Source of the DNA: Neoechinorhynchus agilis
Lineage: Eukaryota; Animalia; Acanthocephala
Direction of reading: 5' to 3'
DNA length: 64,000 bases
Assembly: GCA_051530055.1 (NCBI GenBank)
Contig: CM121342.1
Coordinates: 12,601,480 to 12,665,479, forward strand
Shown: positions 63,967-64,000 of the stretch, piece by piece
Layout of the letters: every line of letters starts with the position of its first letter
How positions within the stretch are numbered: the first letter of the stretch is position 1
The notes under the pieces: generated by a model
Told to the model about the DNA's origin: nothing
Seen by the model: the letters and a program-made list of their open reading frames with translations, nothing else
Databases searched by the model: none
Translations under genes and position numbers: made by a program

Positions 63967-64000
63967 ATCAGAAGAAAAGAAGCAAGATTCTCTGCTTCGT

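Overview
Eukaryotic, most likely animal, AT-rich and compact genomic window with short (about 30-100 nt) GT-AG introns. The organism cannot be named from the sequence alone. Recognisable host genes: ARHGAP6/36-like RhoGAP, single-BIR protein, Nup58-like nucleoporin, PI4KA, ACTMAP (C19orf54), a kexin/furin-family proprotein convertase, purine nucleoside phosphorylase, an intronless TFIIB and the 3' part of a neurobeachin/LRBA-like BEACH-WD40 gene. Lineage-specific genes: a protein with ten 89-aa tandem repeats, a secreted mucin-like protein and a Pro-rich uncharacterised protein. A large part of the window is decayed retroelement DNA: three APE-type LINEs with CCHC ORF1, a CR1-like LINE 3' end, three CRE-clade (RT+REL) fragments and a Penelope-like element with a degenerate hammerhead-like motif. 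There are also a 258-bp satellite, a ~490-bp foldback, an (AAT)66 microsatellite and 18/16-bp minisatellites. Best leads: (1) the repeat protein reads as a ten-fold array of phospho-SIM-like, CDK-site and basic motifs; (2) a dispersed VNTR-bearing element shares a 3' tail (...AATAAAACGTGTT) with the CR1-like LINE, and one copy encodes beta-helix-like hexapeptide repeats; (3) splice acceptors sit just upstream of many start codons, which would fit SL trans-splicing. All family calls are by eye from remembered motifs. No searches were run, and mobile-element boundaries are approximate.
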